Shown here one piece after another: positions 39,532 through 47,325 of a DNA stretch of 64,000 bases (positions within the stretch are counted from its first letter, which is position 1; every line of letters begins with the position of its first letter). A program made the position numbers and the translations under genes. Location of the stretch: the NCBI GenBank assembly GCA_949001935.1, contig CARJLX010000001.1, positions 195,231 through 259,230 of the forward strand, given 5' to 3'. The notes under the pieces were generated by a model. The model ran no database searches. It saw nothing but the letters and a program-made list of their open reading frames with translations, and was not told where the DNA came from. This stretch comes from an uncultured Eubacteriales bacterium (lineage in GTDB: Bacteria > Bacillota > Clostridia > Christensenellales > UBA1242).

Positions 39532-40122
39532 TTATTTTTTGTCTATAATGTTTTTTCCATATTTATAAGCATAATTGACTATCTTTTGATGATTTATATC
39601 ACTCATTCCTGTGGCATGAGATTGTGAATTATAAAAATGTAAACAATAATGGCTTTCATTTTCATTATTTACAATTCTTCCACTTAAACTTGCGGCTGTC
39701 CAAACATTAGGCAAAATTTCCACTATAACTGCTCTTTTTTGATTGCTTTCATAGCCAAATAAGGTTTCTATAGTTTGTTTGTCTTGCTCCTCATTTGGAG
39801 ATATGTCAGCATGCAGATTTCCTCCAATTCGTAAAATTTTAAATTCTACTTTAGTTCTAACATCTACAACATTAATAGGTGTGTTATATGGCATTATTGG
39901 ATTTACACATTCAAACCAATCTAGTTTAGCCAAGACAGGAGAGGCTTCTATGGGTGATGAAAAACTATAATCTTCACTTTCATTTCCTTCGCCTATTTTT
40001 GCAACATCATTATGGCTTAAATTGTACGAACCTGAGTAAAATGTGGGGTAGGGTAAAAGCGTGAGGAAAAGTCCACACGCAATCAAACTTATAAAGATAT
40101 AAAAAGCTAAATTTCTTTGCAT
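39532..40122 (-). CDS. Hypothetical membrane-anchored/exported protein
   Basis: N-terminal hydrophobic helix and AGAGGA RBS. No domain recognised. Confidence 0.5.
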   Translation of the reverse strand: MQRNLAFYIFISLIACGLFLTLLPYPTFYSGSYNLSHNDVAKIGEGNESEDYSFSSPIEASPVLAKLDWFECVNPIMPYNTPINVVDVRTKVEFKILRIGGNLHADISPNEEQDKQTIETLFGYESNQKRAVIVEILPNVWTAASLSGRIVNNENESHYCLHFYNSQSHATGMSDINHQKIVNYAYKYGKNIIDKK

Positions 40123-40180
40123 ATTTCCTCTTTTAATGTAGCAATTTTATAGAAATCATAATATTAATTATTATTGGCTT

Positions 40181-40585
40181 TTAATCTTTGATTTCTTCGT
40201 CAAGCAAACCATGCGGGTTTTGCTCTTCTTGTGGAGGAGCAAAACTTTCGTTGCTATTTCCAAAGTGGTCATCAAAGTCAGGAGTACTTTCATGTGAGGC
40301 TTCAATATTAGTTTCTGCTGGTTTTTGTTTATTACCAATTTTTGAGATTTGTTTTTGAAGATCTTTTTTATTGCGTTTTGAAAAAACTGCAATTGTACCT
40401 TTACCTTTAATTAATTTAAAAACAAGCATAATACAAGCAGATCCTATAATAATATAGATAAGTCTAGAGAATATGCTTCCTTGATAGCCGAATATACCAG
40501 CAACAAAATCATATTGTAGTAATCCAATCAAAAGCCAGTTGATTGAGCCTAAAATTGTTAGAATAAATGCTAAAATTGTGACCAT
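40181..40585 (-). CDS. DUF378 family membrane protein with a C-terminal extension
   Basis: GSINWLLIGLLQYDFVAGIFG hallmark. GGAGG RBS. Confidence 0.75.
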   Translation of the reverse strand: MVTILAFILTILGSINWLLIGLLQYDFVAGIFGYQGSIFSRLIYIIIGSACIMLVFKLIKGKGTIAVFSKRNKKDLQKQISKIGNKQKPAETNIEASHESTPDFDDHFGNSNESFAPPQEEQNPHGLLDEEIKD

Positions 40586-40742
40586 AATACCTCCAATGGC
40601 AAAATTGCTAAAATTAATTATTTTATTAAATTTTACTTAAAAACCTTGAAAAATGAAGGAATTTAAGCATTTTTAAGCACTTTTGTTAAAAATATTATGT
40701 TCAGGCAATATAAAAATATTTATAAAAACTTTATGTTTTTGT

Positions 40743-40771
40743 TTGACTTAATTTTTATTTTAGGCTAAAAT
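40743..40771 (+). promoter_or_regulatory. Putative sigma-A promoter of greA
   Basis: TTGACT, 17-nt spacer, TAAAAT. Confidence 0.5.
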
Positions 40772-40808
40772 ATAGCGGAAATTTAAAAAGCACCAAAAGG
40801 AGAGGACT

Positions 40809-41279
40809 ATGGAAAAACATTATTTGACCCCAGAGGGTAAAAAACAACTTGAGGAAAAACTTGCTCATTATAAAACTGTTTTAAGACCTGAAGTTGTTAA
40901 GGAAATTGGCGCTGCAAGAGAATATGGCGACCTTTCTGAAAATAGCGAGTATGAAGCAGCTAAAGATAAGCAAGCACTTATTGAAGCTGAAATCAGCGAA
41001 ATGGAAGACATTTTATTGAATTGCGAAGTTATTAAGAAAAAAGATGTAGATACAGAAAATGTTTCTATTGGTTGCAGTGTGACTCTTTATGATGAAGAAT
41101 TTGATGAAGAAGTGACATATAAAATTTTAGGTTCAACTGAAAGTGACCCAAAGAATGGAGTGATCTCAAACCTTTCACCAGTTGGTTCAGCTTTGCTTGG
41201 ACACAAAAAGGGTGATGTTGTTTCTGTTCATATGCAAGCAGGCACAATTAAATATAAAGTTTTAGATATAAGAATGTAA
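40809..41279 (+). CDS. greA: Transcription elongation factor GreA
   Basis: LTPEGKKQLEEKL...AREYGDLSENSEYEAAK...SNLSPVGSALLG. Confidence 0.95.
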   Translation: MEKHYLTPEGKKQLEEKLAHYKTVLRPEVVKEIGAAREYGDLSENSEYEAAKDKQALIEAEISEMEDILLNCEVIKKKDVDTENVSIGCSVTLYDEEFDEEVTYKILGSTESDPKNGVISNLSPVGSALLGHKKGDVVSVHMQAGTIKYKVLDIRM

Positions 41280-41304
41280 GCATAAATATTGCTTACATTT
41301 TTTT
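41275..41304 (+). terminator. Rho-independent terminator of greA
   Basis: tgtaagc / gcttaca stem followed by T7. Confidence 0.75.
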
Positions 41305-41411
41305 AAATTTGCCCTAAAAATAGTTGTATTTTTTTGTAAAGCATGATATTATATCAATAGGAAATATTTTTGAAGCATAACAAAAACTAATAAAAAGGGC
41401 GATTTTCATTT

Positions 41412-42338
41412 ATGATGTTTAAAAATACTTTTAGACTTTTTTGTGCTAATTTTGACAAAGTCTGGAAATATCTTGTATATCAACTCCTTTGCTGGGGTAT
41501 CGTTTTTGCATTTCTCGCTCCTTTTTATGGCATTATTTCTTCTTCAATTGTTGGGGCTTGGGAGAGTCAAAATTTAAGTACTTTTTTCTCAACAGGAACT
41601 TTCTATGGCATAAATATTTTGCAAGCTTTTTCAAGTATAGTTAATGCAATAATTATGTTCTTTGAATTGATGTTTAAAGCAAATTTATTTTGTGGCATTT
41701 ATTTCCTTATTATAATAGTTTTGATTAGACCTATTTTGACAGGTGTTGGTCGTTATACAATTTGTGAAATGATGTATGGCTATATGTCGTCTTGTTCAAA
41801 AACTTCTTTTACTGGTAGACTTTTAGGAACTTTGAAAAAATCTCTTCCTTATGCTTGTATGAGAGCTTTATATAGCATGGTTTTTGATGCTTTAATTGTT
41901 ATTTCTTTCTTTGGTCTTACAAGAGTGACGGCGGAATGGTTTGTTTATGTTCTTCCTATTGCAATTGTTTTAATACCAGCCATTTTCTTGGCTCTCAAGG
42001 AAACTTTTATTGCGGGATGGGCTCCAGCAATGATTGTTTTTGATGACAATGTATTTTCTGCTTACAAAAAGGGAATGATTGCAGTACTTAGAAGAGGTGG
42101 AAAAGTTTATTCAACTGCTTTTGTTATCTTTGTTTTGGCTTTGGTTCTTGCTATGATTATTGGGCTTTATTCTCTTATAATCATCCTTCCTTGTATCTTT
42201 CCACTTCTCAACATATTTGAAATGGTGGCATTTTTCTCAAGTCAAGGAATGCGTTTTTATGTTGATGCCGACACAATCAAGTCACCTAAAAAACTTGAAG
42301 AGATAGATAAAATAGAAAAGGCAAAATATCTTTTGTAA
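41412..42338 (+). CDS. Hypothetical polytopic membrane protein
   Basis: 308-aa ORF with about 6 hydrophobic helices. No family recognised. Confidence 0.55.
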   Translation: MMFKNTFRLFCANFDKVWKYLVYQLLCWGIVFAFLAPFYGIISSSIVGAWESQNLSTFFSTGTFYGINILQAFSSIVNAIIMFFELMFKANLFCGIYFLIIIVLIRPILTGVGRYTICEMMYGYMSSCSKTSFTGRLLGTLKKSLPYACMRALYSMVFDALIVISFFGLTRVTAEWFVYVLPIAIVLIPAIFLALKETFIAGWAPAMIVFDDNVFSAYKKGMIAVLRRGGKVYSTAFVIFVLALVLAMIIGLYSLIIILPCIFPLLNIFEMVAFFSSQGMRFYVDADTIKSPKKLEEIDKIEKAKYLL

Positions 42339-42430
42339 GATGTTAAATTAAAGAGGGAATAAAATCTTTTTTGATGGTTTTTTGTTGTAAAAAATTAAGT
42401 TTTACATATTTTTAAAAGGAGAATGAAAAA

Positions 42431-44086
42431 TTGAATTCTAAAGTTAAAATCACCTTTTTGGGCGGTGTAGGTGAGATCGGAAAAAACATGACCGCTATTG
42501 AATATAATGATGAAATTATCGTTATTGATGCTGGATTAACATTCCCTGGCGATGATCTTCCTGGTATTGATATTGTTATTCCAGACATTTCTTATCTGGA
42601 AGCAAACAAAGACAAAGTTAAAGCTTTGATCATCACTCATGGACATGAAGATCATATTGGGGCTATGCCTTTTGTGCTTTCTACTTTAAAAGTTCCAGTT
42701 TATGGTTCAAGATTAACTCTTGCATTAATTGAAAATAAATTGAAAGAACATCCTAATATAAAATTTAAAGGCGTTACTGTTAAGCCTAAAAATATTTTAA
42801 AGATAGGTTCTTTTACTGTTGAGTTCATCAAGGTTAGCCATTCTATTGCTGGCTCACTGGCTCTTTGTATAGGTACTCCTGCTGGGAACATTGTTCATAC
42901 AGGTGACTTTAAGATTGATTATGAACCTATTGATGGAACTATTACTGACCTTACAAGATTTGGTGAACTTGGCAAAAAGGGGGTTAATCTACTTCTTTGC
43001 GAAAGTACCAATGTTTGTCGTAAAGGTTATTCAATGAGTGAAAAATCTGTTGGTCGCGCCTTGGAAGAAATTTTTAAAAGTCATACTGAGCAAAGAATAA
43101 TAGTTGCTACTTTTGCATCTAACATTCACAGAATGCAACAGATTATGGATTTAGCTGAAAAATATAAACGTAAAATTGCTTTTACTGGCAGAAGTATGGT
43201 TAATGTTAGTGAAGTTGCTATGAAAGTTGGGGAACTTTCTTTCAATCGTGAAAATATTGTCGATATTGAAAAGGTTGATAAAATGGCTGACAAGGAAGTT
43301 TGTATTTTGACTACTGGCAGTCAAGGCGAACCTATGAGTGCGTTAACACGCATGGCGGCAGGGGAATTTAAGGCTTTTAAACTTAGACAAAACGACCTTG
43401 TTATTTTGTCTGCTTCTCCGATTCCCGGAAATGAGAAAAATGTTTATAATGTTATCAACGCTTTATATAAACTTGGTGCAGATGTGATTTATGATGAGCT
43501 TGCGGATGTCCATGTTTCTGGTCACGCTTGCCAAGAAGAATTGAAACTTATTCATAGCCTTGTTAAACCAAAGTTCTTTATTCCAGTTCATGGCGAATAT
43601 AGACATTTGAAAACTCATAAAGAACTTGCTATGGGTCTTGGAATGGATGGGCGAAATGTTGTTCTTCCTAGTCTTGGTATGCAGGTTGAGCTTACTCCAA
43701 ACTCTATTAAAGAGGCTGGCTTTGTGACAGCAGGTCAACGCCTTGTTGATGGTATTGGGATTGGTGATATGGATTCTAATGTTCTTAAAGAAAGAAAACA
43801 ACTCTCTGAAGATGGTATTTGTGTTGTGGTGGTTTCGCTTAATAACATCAAAGGTGAAATCACATCTGATCCATTTATTATAACGAGAGGTGTTGTGTAT
43901 GCTGACGAACAAGAAAGTTTTGTTCAAGATGCCAAGGCATGCATCATTGCATCACTCAAAGAGTCTGACCTTCGTGGTATGGAACCTTCGGTTATTAAAA
44001 CATCAATTAGACGCAATATTTCTAACTTTATTTTCAAAAGAACAAAACGCCGTCCTATGATTATAACTATTGTCACACTTGATTAA
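42431..44086 (+). CDS. rnj: Ribonuclease J
   Basis: Metallo-beta-lactamase/beta-CASP: FLGGVGEIGKNM, ITHGHEDHIGA, VHVSGHA, PVHGEYRH. TTG start after an AGGAG RBS. Confidence 0.9.
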   Translation: MNSKVKITFLGGVGEIGKNMTAIEYNDEIIVIDAGLTFPGDDLPGIDIVIPDISYLEANKDKVKALIITHGHEDHIGAMPFVLSTLKVPVYGSRLTLALIENKLKEHPNIKFKGVTVKPKNILKIGSFTVEFIKVSHSIAGSLALCIGTPAGNIVHTGDFKIDYEPIDGTITDLTRFGELGKKGVNLLLCESTNVCRKGYSMSEKSVGRALEEIFKSHTEQRIIVATFASNIHRMQQIMDLAEKYKRKIAFTGRSMVNVSEVAMKVGELSFNRENIVDIEKVDKMADKEVCILTTGSQGEPMSALTRMAAGEFKAFKLRQNDLVILSASPIPGNEKNVYNVINALYKLGADVIYDELADVHVSGHACQEELKLIHSLVKPKFFIPVHGEYRHLKTHKELAMGLGMDGRNVVLPSLGMQVELTPNSIKEAGFVTAGQRLVDGIGIGDMDSNVLKERKQLSEDGICVVVVSLNNIKGEITSDPFIITRGVVYADEQESFVQDAKACIIASLKESDLRGMEPSVIKTSIRRNISNFIFKRTKRRPMIITIVTLD

Positions 44087-44108
44087 ATCAAGTGAAAAGT
44101 AGAGCAGT

Positions 44109-44705
44109 ATGAATAAAGACTTTTTGCAAGAATTAAAAAATTATGCTCTCGAAAAACGCGTACCTATCATTCGTGATAAAAGTGCGTTTTTTTTGCAAGA
44201 ACAAATAAAACTTGCAAAGGCAAAAAATATTTTAGAAATAGGAACCGCTGTCGGTTATTCAACCTGTCTTATGCTTGAAGCTAATACTGATGCAAATATA
44301 ACTACTATTGAGCTGAAAGAAGCTTCATATAAAATAGCTCTTGAAGTTTTTGTTGGAATGGGTGTTGAAAATCAGGTTGAAGCATGTAATGGTGATGCTA
44401 TAGAATGTTTGAAAGTTTTTGCCCAAGAGGGCAGAAAGTTTGATTTTATATTTTTAGATGGTCCAAAAGGGCAGTATATTAAATATCTGCCTTATTGTAA
44501 ACAAATGTTAGAAAGTGGTGGAATTATATTTGCAGATAATGTTTATCTTCATGGAATGGTTTTGCAACAAGAACCTATAAAACATAAACATAGAGCAATG
44601 GTCAACAATTTGAGGAAGTTTCTTTATGATATAACCCATGATGAGGAACTAGAAACAACAATTTATGAGCTTGAAGATGGGATTGCAATAATAAAGAAAA
44701 AATAG
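44109..44705 (+). CDS. trmR: Class I SAM-dependent O-methyltransferase, YrrM/TrmR-like
   Basis: Collinear with B. subtilis YrrM by eye: VPII..., ILEIGTAVGYS, FIFLDGPKGQY, ADNV, EDGIAIIKKK. Confidence 0.7.
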   Translation: MNKDFLQELKNYALEKRVPIIRDKSAFFLQEQIKLAKAKNILEIGTAVGYSTCLMLEANTDANITTIELKEASYKIALEVFVGMGVENQVEACNGDAIECLKVFAQEGRKFDFIFLDGPKGQYIKYLPYCKQMLESGGIIFADNVYLHGMVLQQEPIKHKHRAMVNNLRKFLYDITHDEELETTIYELEDGIAIIKKK

Positions 44706-44834
44706 AAAATTCAATCACAAGCAAACAGATAAAGACAAAATATAATAAAATTCGACAAAATGCGATATGAATACATATCGTTTTATTTTTTATATATAAT
44801 TACTCAAAAAAGTAGATTATTTTAAATTTACCTC

Positions 44835-44863
44835 TTGAAAACTTAAATTTTATGTGTTATACT
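44835..44863 (+). promoter_or_regulatory. Putative sigma-A promoter with extended -10
   Basis: TTGAAA, 17-nt spacer, TGtTATACT. Confidence 0.45.
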
Positions 44864-44887
44864 TTGGCTATTACAAGAGAGGGTATT

Positions 44888-45664
44888 ATGAAAAAGAAGA
44901 ATAAAAATAAATATATCAAAAAATTACATGCTGACAAACATCCAAAGACTAGAAAGGCAGTTTGCAAGGGGCAACAACGCGAAAACCCAAGAAGATGTAA
45001 AAAATATTATAATAAAATTGCAGGCGATATTAATGAAGGTTATATTTCTGGAGAATTAAACAATATTACATTTGGTTTTCCTGATAATGGTGAACATTTT
45101 ATAGAAACAGCAATTTATGTCCCTAGAACGTCAAACAATGTTGATATTATCCCTGTAGTTTTTACAGATAAAATCTATCAATTATATAAATCTCAACTAC
45201 ATAAAGGAAGGGTGACTTTGATTGGTACCTTTCAATCTGCAAATAGGGTAGTTAATAAGAAAAATACATTATTTAATTATTTTCAACCAACCTCTTTAGA
45301 TTTTGATGAAAATAAATATAAACAACGCAATAACTCTTTACATTTATGTGGAACAGTTTGTAATAAACCTACTTTAAAATGTTTGGAAAACAGCCAGATT
45401 TATTACTTTAAACTTGCAGTGAATACTCCTAATTTAGATAATTATATTCCAGTTTATGTAAGAGCTAAGAAAAGGGCTGGCGATATAATTAAAGATCTTA
45501 AGGTAGGAGATAGAGTAGACTTTTTAGGTCGAATTCAATCTAGGCAATATCATGAAAGCCAGGAGAAAATTAGAACTATAACCGAAATTTCTATTGCTAG
45601 GATAAATAGTGTTGAATATTTAGAAAGCAACACTAAAATCACTTCTAATAGTGAAAATGAATAA
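44888..45664 (+). CDS. Tandem-OB-fold SSB-like protein (paralogue 2) with a highly basic N-terminal extension
   Basis: VDIIPVVFTDK...GRVTLIGTFQSANR and NYIPVYVRAKKRA...VGDRVDFLGRIQSRQY. N-terminus KKKNKNKYIKKLHADKHPKTRK. Confidence 0.65.
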   Translation: MKKKNKNKYIKKLHADKHPKTRKAVCKGQQRENPRRCKKYYNKIAGDINEGYISGELNNITFGFPDNGEHFIETAIYVPRTSNNVDIIPVVFTDKIYQLYKSQLHKGRVTLIGTFQSANRVVNKKNTLFNYFQPTSLDFDENKYKQRNNSLHLCGTVCNKPTLKCLENSQIYYFKLAVNTPNLDNYIPVYVRAKKRAGDIIKDLKVGDRVDFLGRIQSRQYHESQEKIRTITEISIARINSVEYLESNTKITSNSENE

Positions 45665-45665
45665 G

Positions 45666-45690
45666 AATGCCAATAATTTGGCATTTTTTG
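45666..45690 (+). terminator. Rho-independent terminator
   Basis: aatgccaa / ttggcatt stem followed by a T-run. Confidence 0.75.
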
Positions 45691-45738
45691 TTGCCATATT
45701 TTTTAAGGTAAGTCATATAATTCCTTGAGGAGTGATTT

Positions 45739-46374
45739 ATGATAAAATATTTTAAAAAGGGTACTTTTAATTATGAAGATATTAACAATGCTTACATTGT
45801 TGGTTGCGCAAATGGTGAAATTTTGAAATTTAGAATTAATGCAGGTCAGATTCTGGTTAGGACTGTTTTAGAAGTTCCAAGACAGAGTGGACGGATTGAT
45901 TATATTCCTATCGCTATTCAAAATGATATTTATATGCAACATGAGGAAAGTATTAAAAATAAAAAGCTTGTTTATAGAGGGGATTTTAGAGGATATCGTG
46001 CAAGAAGGAAATATCAAGGCAAGTTTGATAGTCATATTCTTGTGGATTTAATTGATGAAAATGTTGATGAATACAAAAGTAATAACAATATTGAGCTTTA
46101 TGGGCGAGTGGAATCTCCGCCAAAATTGCGACCATTTAATGATGGAAGTGAGTCGTGTTATGTAAATATATGTGTAGATAATTTAGGCTTTAAAAGTCAT
46201 ATTCCTTGTTTCGCAAAAAATTCTTACAAACAAGATGTAAAATGTTTGCAGGTTGATGATAGAATTTATTTTTTAGGTCGAATTCGCTCGCGTGAATTTC
46301 ATATTCCAAACACTAATGAAACTGCAAACTTTAACGAGATTGAAATTAACAAAGTTAAAGCAATAGAATATTAA
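45739..46374 (+). CDS. Tandem-OB-fold SSB-like protein (paralogue 3)
   Basis: IDYIPIAIQND...KKLVYRGDFRGYR and SHIPCFAKNSY...VDDRIYFLGRIRSREF. GAGGAG RBS. Confidence 0.65.
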   Translation: MIKYFKKGTFNYEDINNAYIVGCANGEILKFRINAGQILVRTVLEVPRQSGRIDYIPIAIQNDIYMQHEESIKNKKLVYRGDFRGYRARRKYQGKFDSHILVDLIDENVDEYKSNNNIELYGRVESPPKLRPFNDGSESCYVNICVDNLGFKSHIPCFAKNSYKQDVKCLQVDDRIYFLGRIRSREFHIPNTNETANFNEIEINKVKAIEY

Positions 46375-46415
46375 AATTTTGGAATATAGTTTGAATTACA
46401 GACATATATTGTCCT

Positions 46416-47147
46416 ATGAAAAGAATTCATATAGGCGTTATTAATTTTAGAAAATATTGGTCAAACATTGCAATTTTTGCAATGATTTTGGTTGTCGGCT
46501 TAGTGGCTTTTGTAGGAAGCATTGGACTTCCTGCCTCTAGTGCAGTGAGTGGTGTTTATTATAACGGTGATCGAAGTTCAAAAAATATTTCTCTTATGAT
46601 AAATGTTTATTGGGGGACTGAGTATTTAGATAATATGCTTGCTACTTTAAAGGAAAAGGATGTTAAAACCACCTTTTTTGTAGGCGGAACTTGGGCAGTT
46701 TTAAACGAGGAATATTTAAAGAAAATACAAGAAGATGGTCATGAAATCGCTAATCATGGTTATCATCATAAAGATCATGATAAAATAAGTGAGCAAGAAA
46801 ATTTTAATGAAATTTCCAACACTCATAAAATAATTAAAGAGCTTATAGATGTTGATATGACACTTTTTGCTCCACCTAGTGGTGCTTATAATAAAGTGAC
46901 AGTTGAGGCTGCTCAAAATCTAGGTTATAAAACTATCATGTGGACTCGTGACACAATTGATTGGCGTGATCATAATACTCAATTGATTTATCAAAGGGCT
47001 ATCAAAAATGCAAATGGTGGTGATTTAATTTTGATGCATCCAACTCAAAATACTATGGAGGCTTTGCCACAAATTATAGATTGGTTTCAATCAAATGGCT
47101 ATAATTTAGTTCCTGTTTCAACAAATATTGGGGGACTTTCGGATTAG
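46416..47147 (+). CDS. Polysaccharide deacetylase (NodB/CE4), PdaB-like, membrane-anchored
   Basis: INVYWGTEYLDNML, TTFFVGGTWA, GHEIANHGYHH, LFAPPSGAY, LILMHP. N-terminal TM helix. Confidence 0.8.
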   Translation: MKRIHIGVINFRKYWSNIAIFAMILVVGLVAFVGSIGLPASSAVSGVYYNGDRSSKNISLMINVYWGTEYLDNMLATLKEKDVKTTFFVGGTWAVLNEEYLKKIQEDGHEIANHGYHHKDHDKISEQENFNEISNTHKIIKELIDVDMTLFAPPSGAYNKVTVEAAQNLGYKTIMWTRDTIDWRDHNTQLIYQRAIKNANGGDLILMHPTQNTMEALPQIIDWFQSNGYNLVPVSTNIGGLSD

Positions 47148-47247
47148 TTTTTGGTGTAAAATTATATTTTGTTAATGTTTTATTCAAGAAATCTTCTAAA
47201 ATTACAAAATAGACCAAAAATTGCTATTAAATTCCTTTGAATTGTCA

Positions 47248-47285
47248 AAAATATCTCAAGTTTGTTTTGAGATATTTTGTTTTTT
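47248..47285 (+). terminator. Rho-independent terminator
   Basis: aaaatatctcaa / ttgagatatttt 12-bp stem followed by a T-run. Confidence 0.8.
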
Positions 47286-47286
47286 A

Positions 47287-47295
47287 TGCTATAAT
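47287..47295 (+). promoter_or_regulatory. Extended -10 element upstream of ftsK
   Basis: TGcTATAAT located 31 nt upstream of the ftsK ATG. No clear -35. Confidence 0.4.
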
Positions 47296-47325
47296 TTATA
47301 AAAAGATTTATTTAGTGGGAGTAAT

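Noticed and set aside
44888-46374. I considered whether the tandem-OB SSB-like genes mark a prophage or ICE remnant, since extra SSBs are often phage- or plasmid-borne.
   Set aside because: There are no integrase, replication, portal or conjugation genes nearby. The flanks are conserved housekeeping genes (rnj, trmR, ftsK), and the base composition looks the same as the surroundings.
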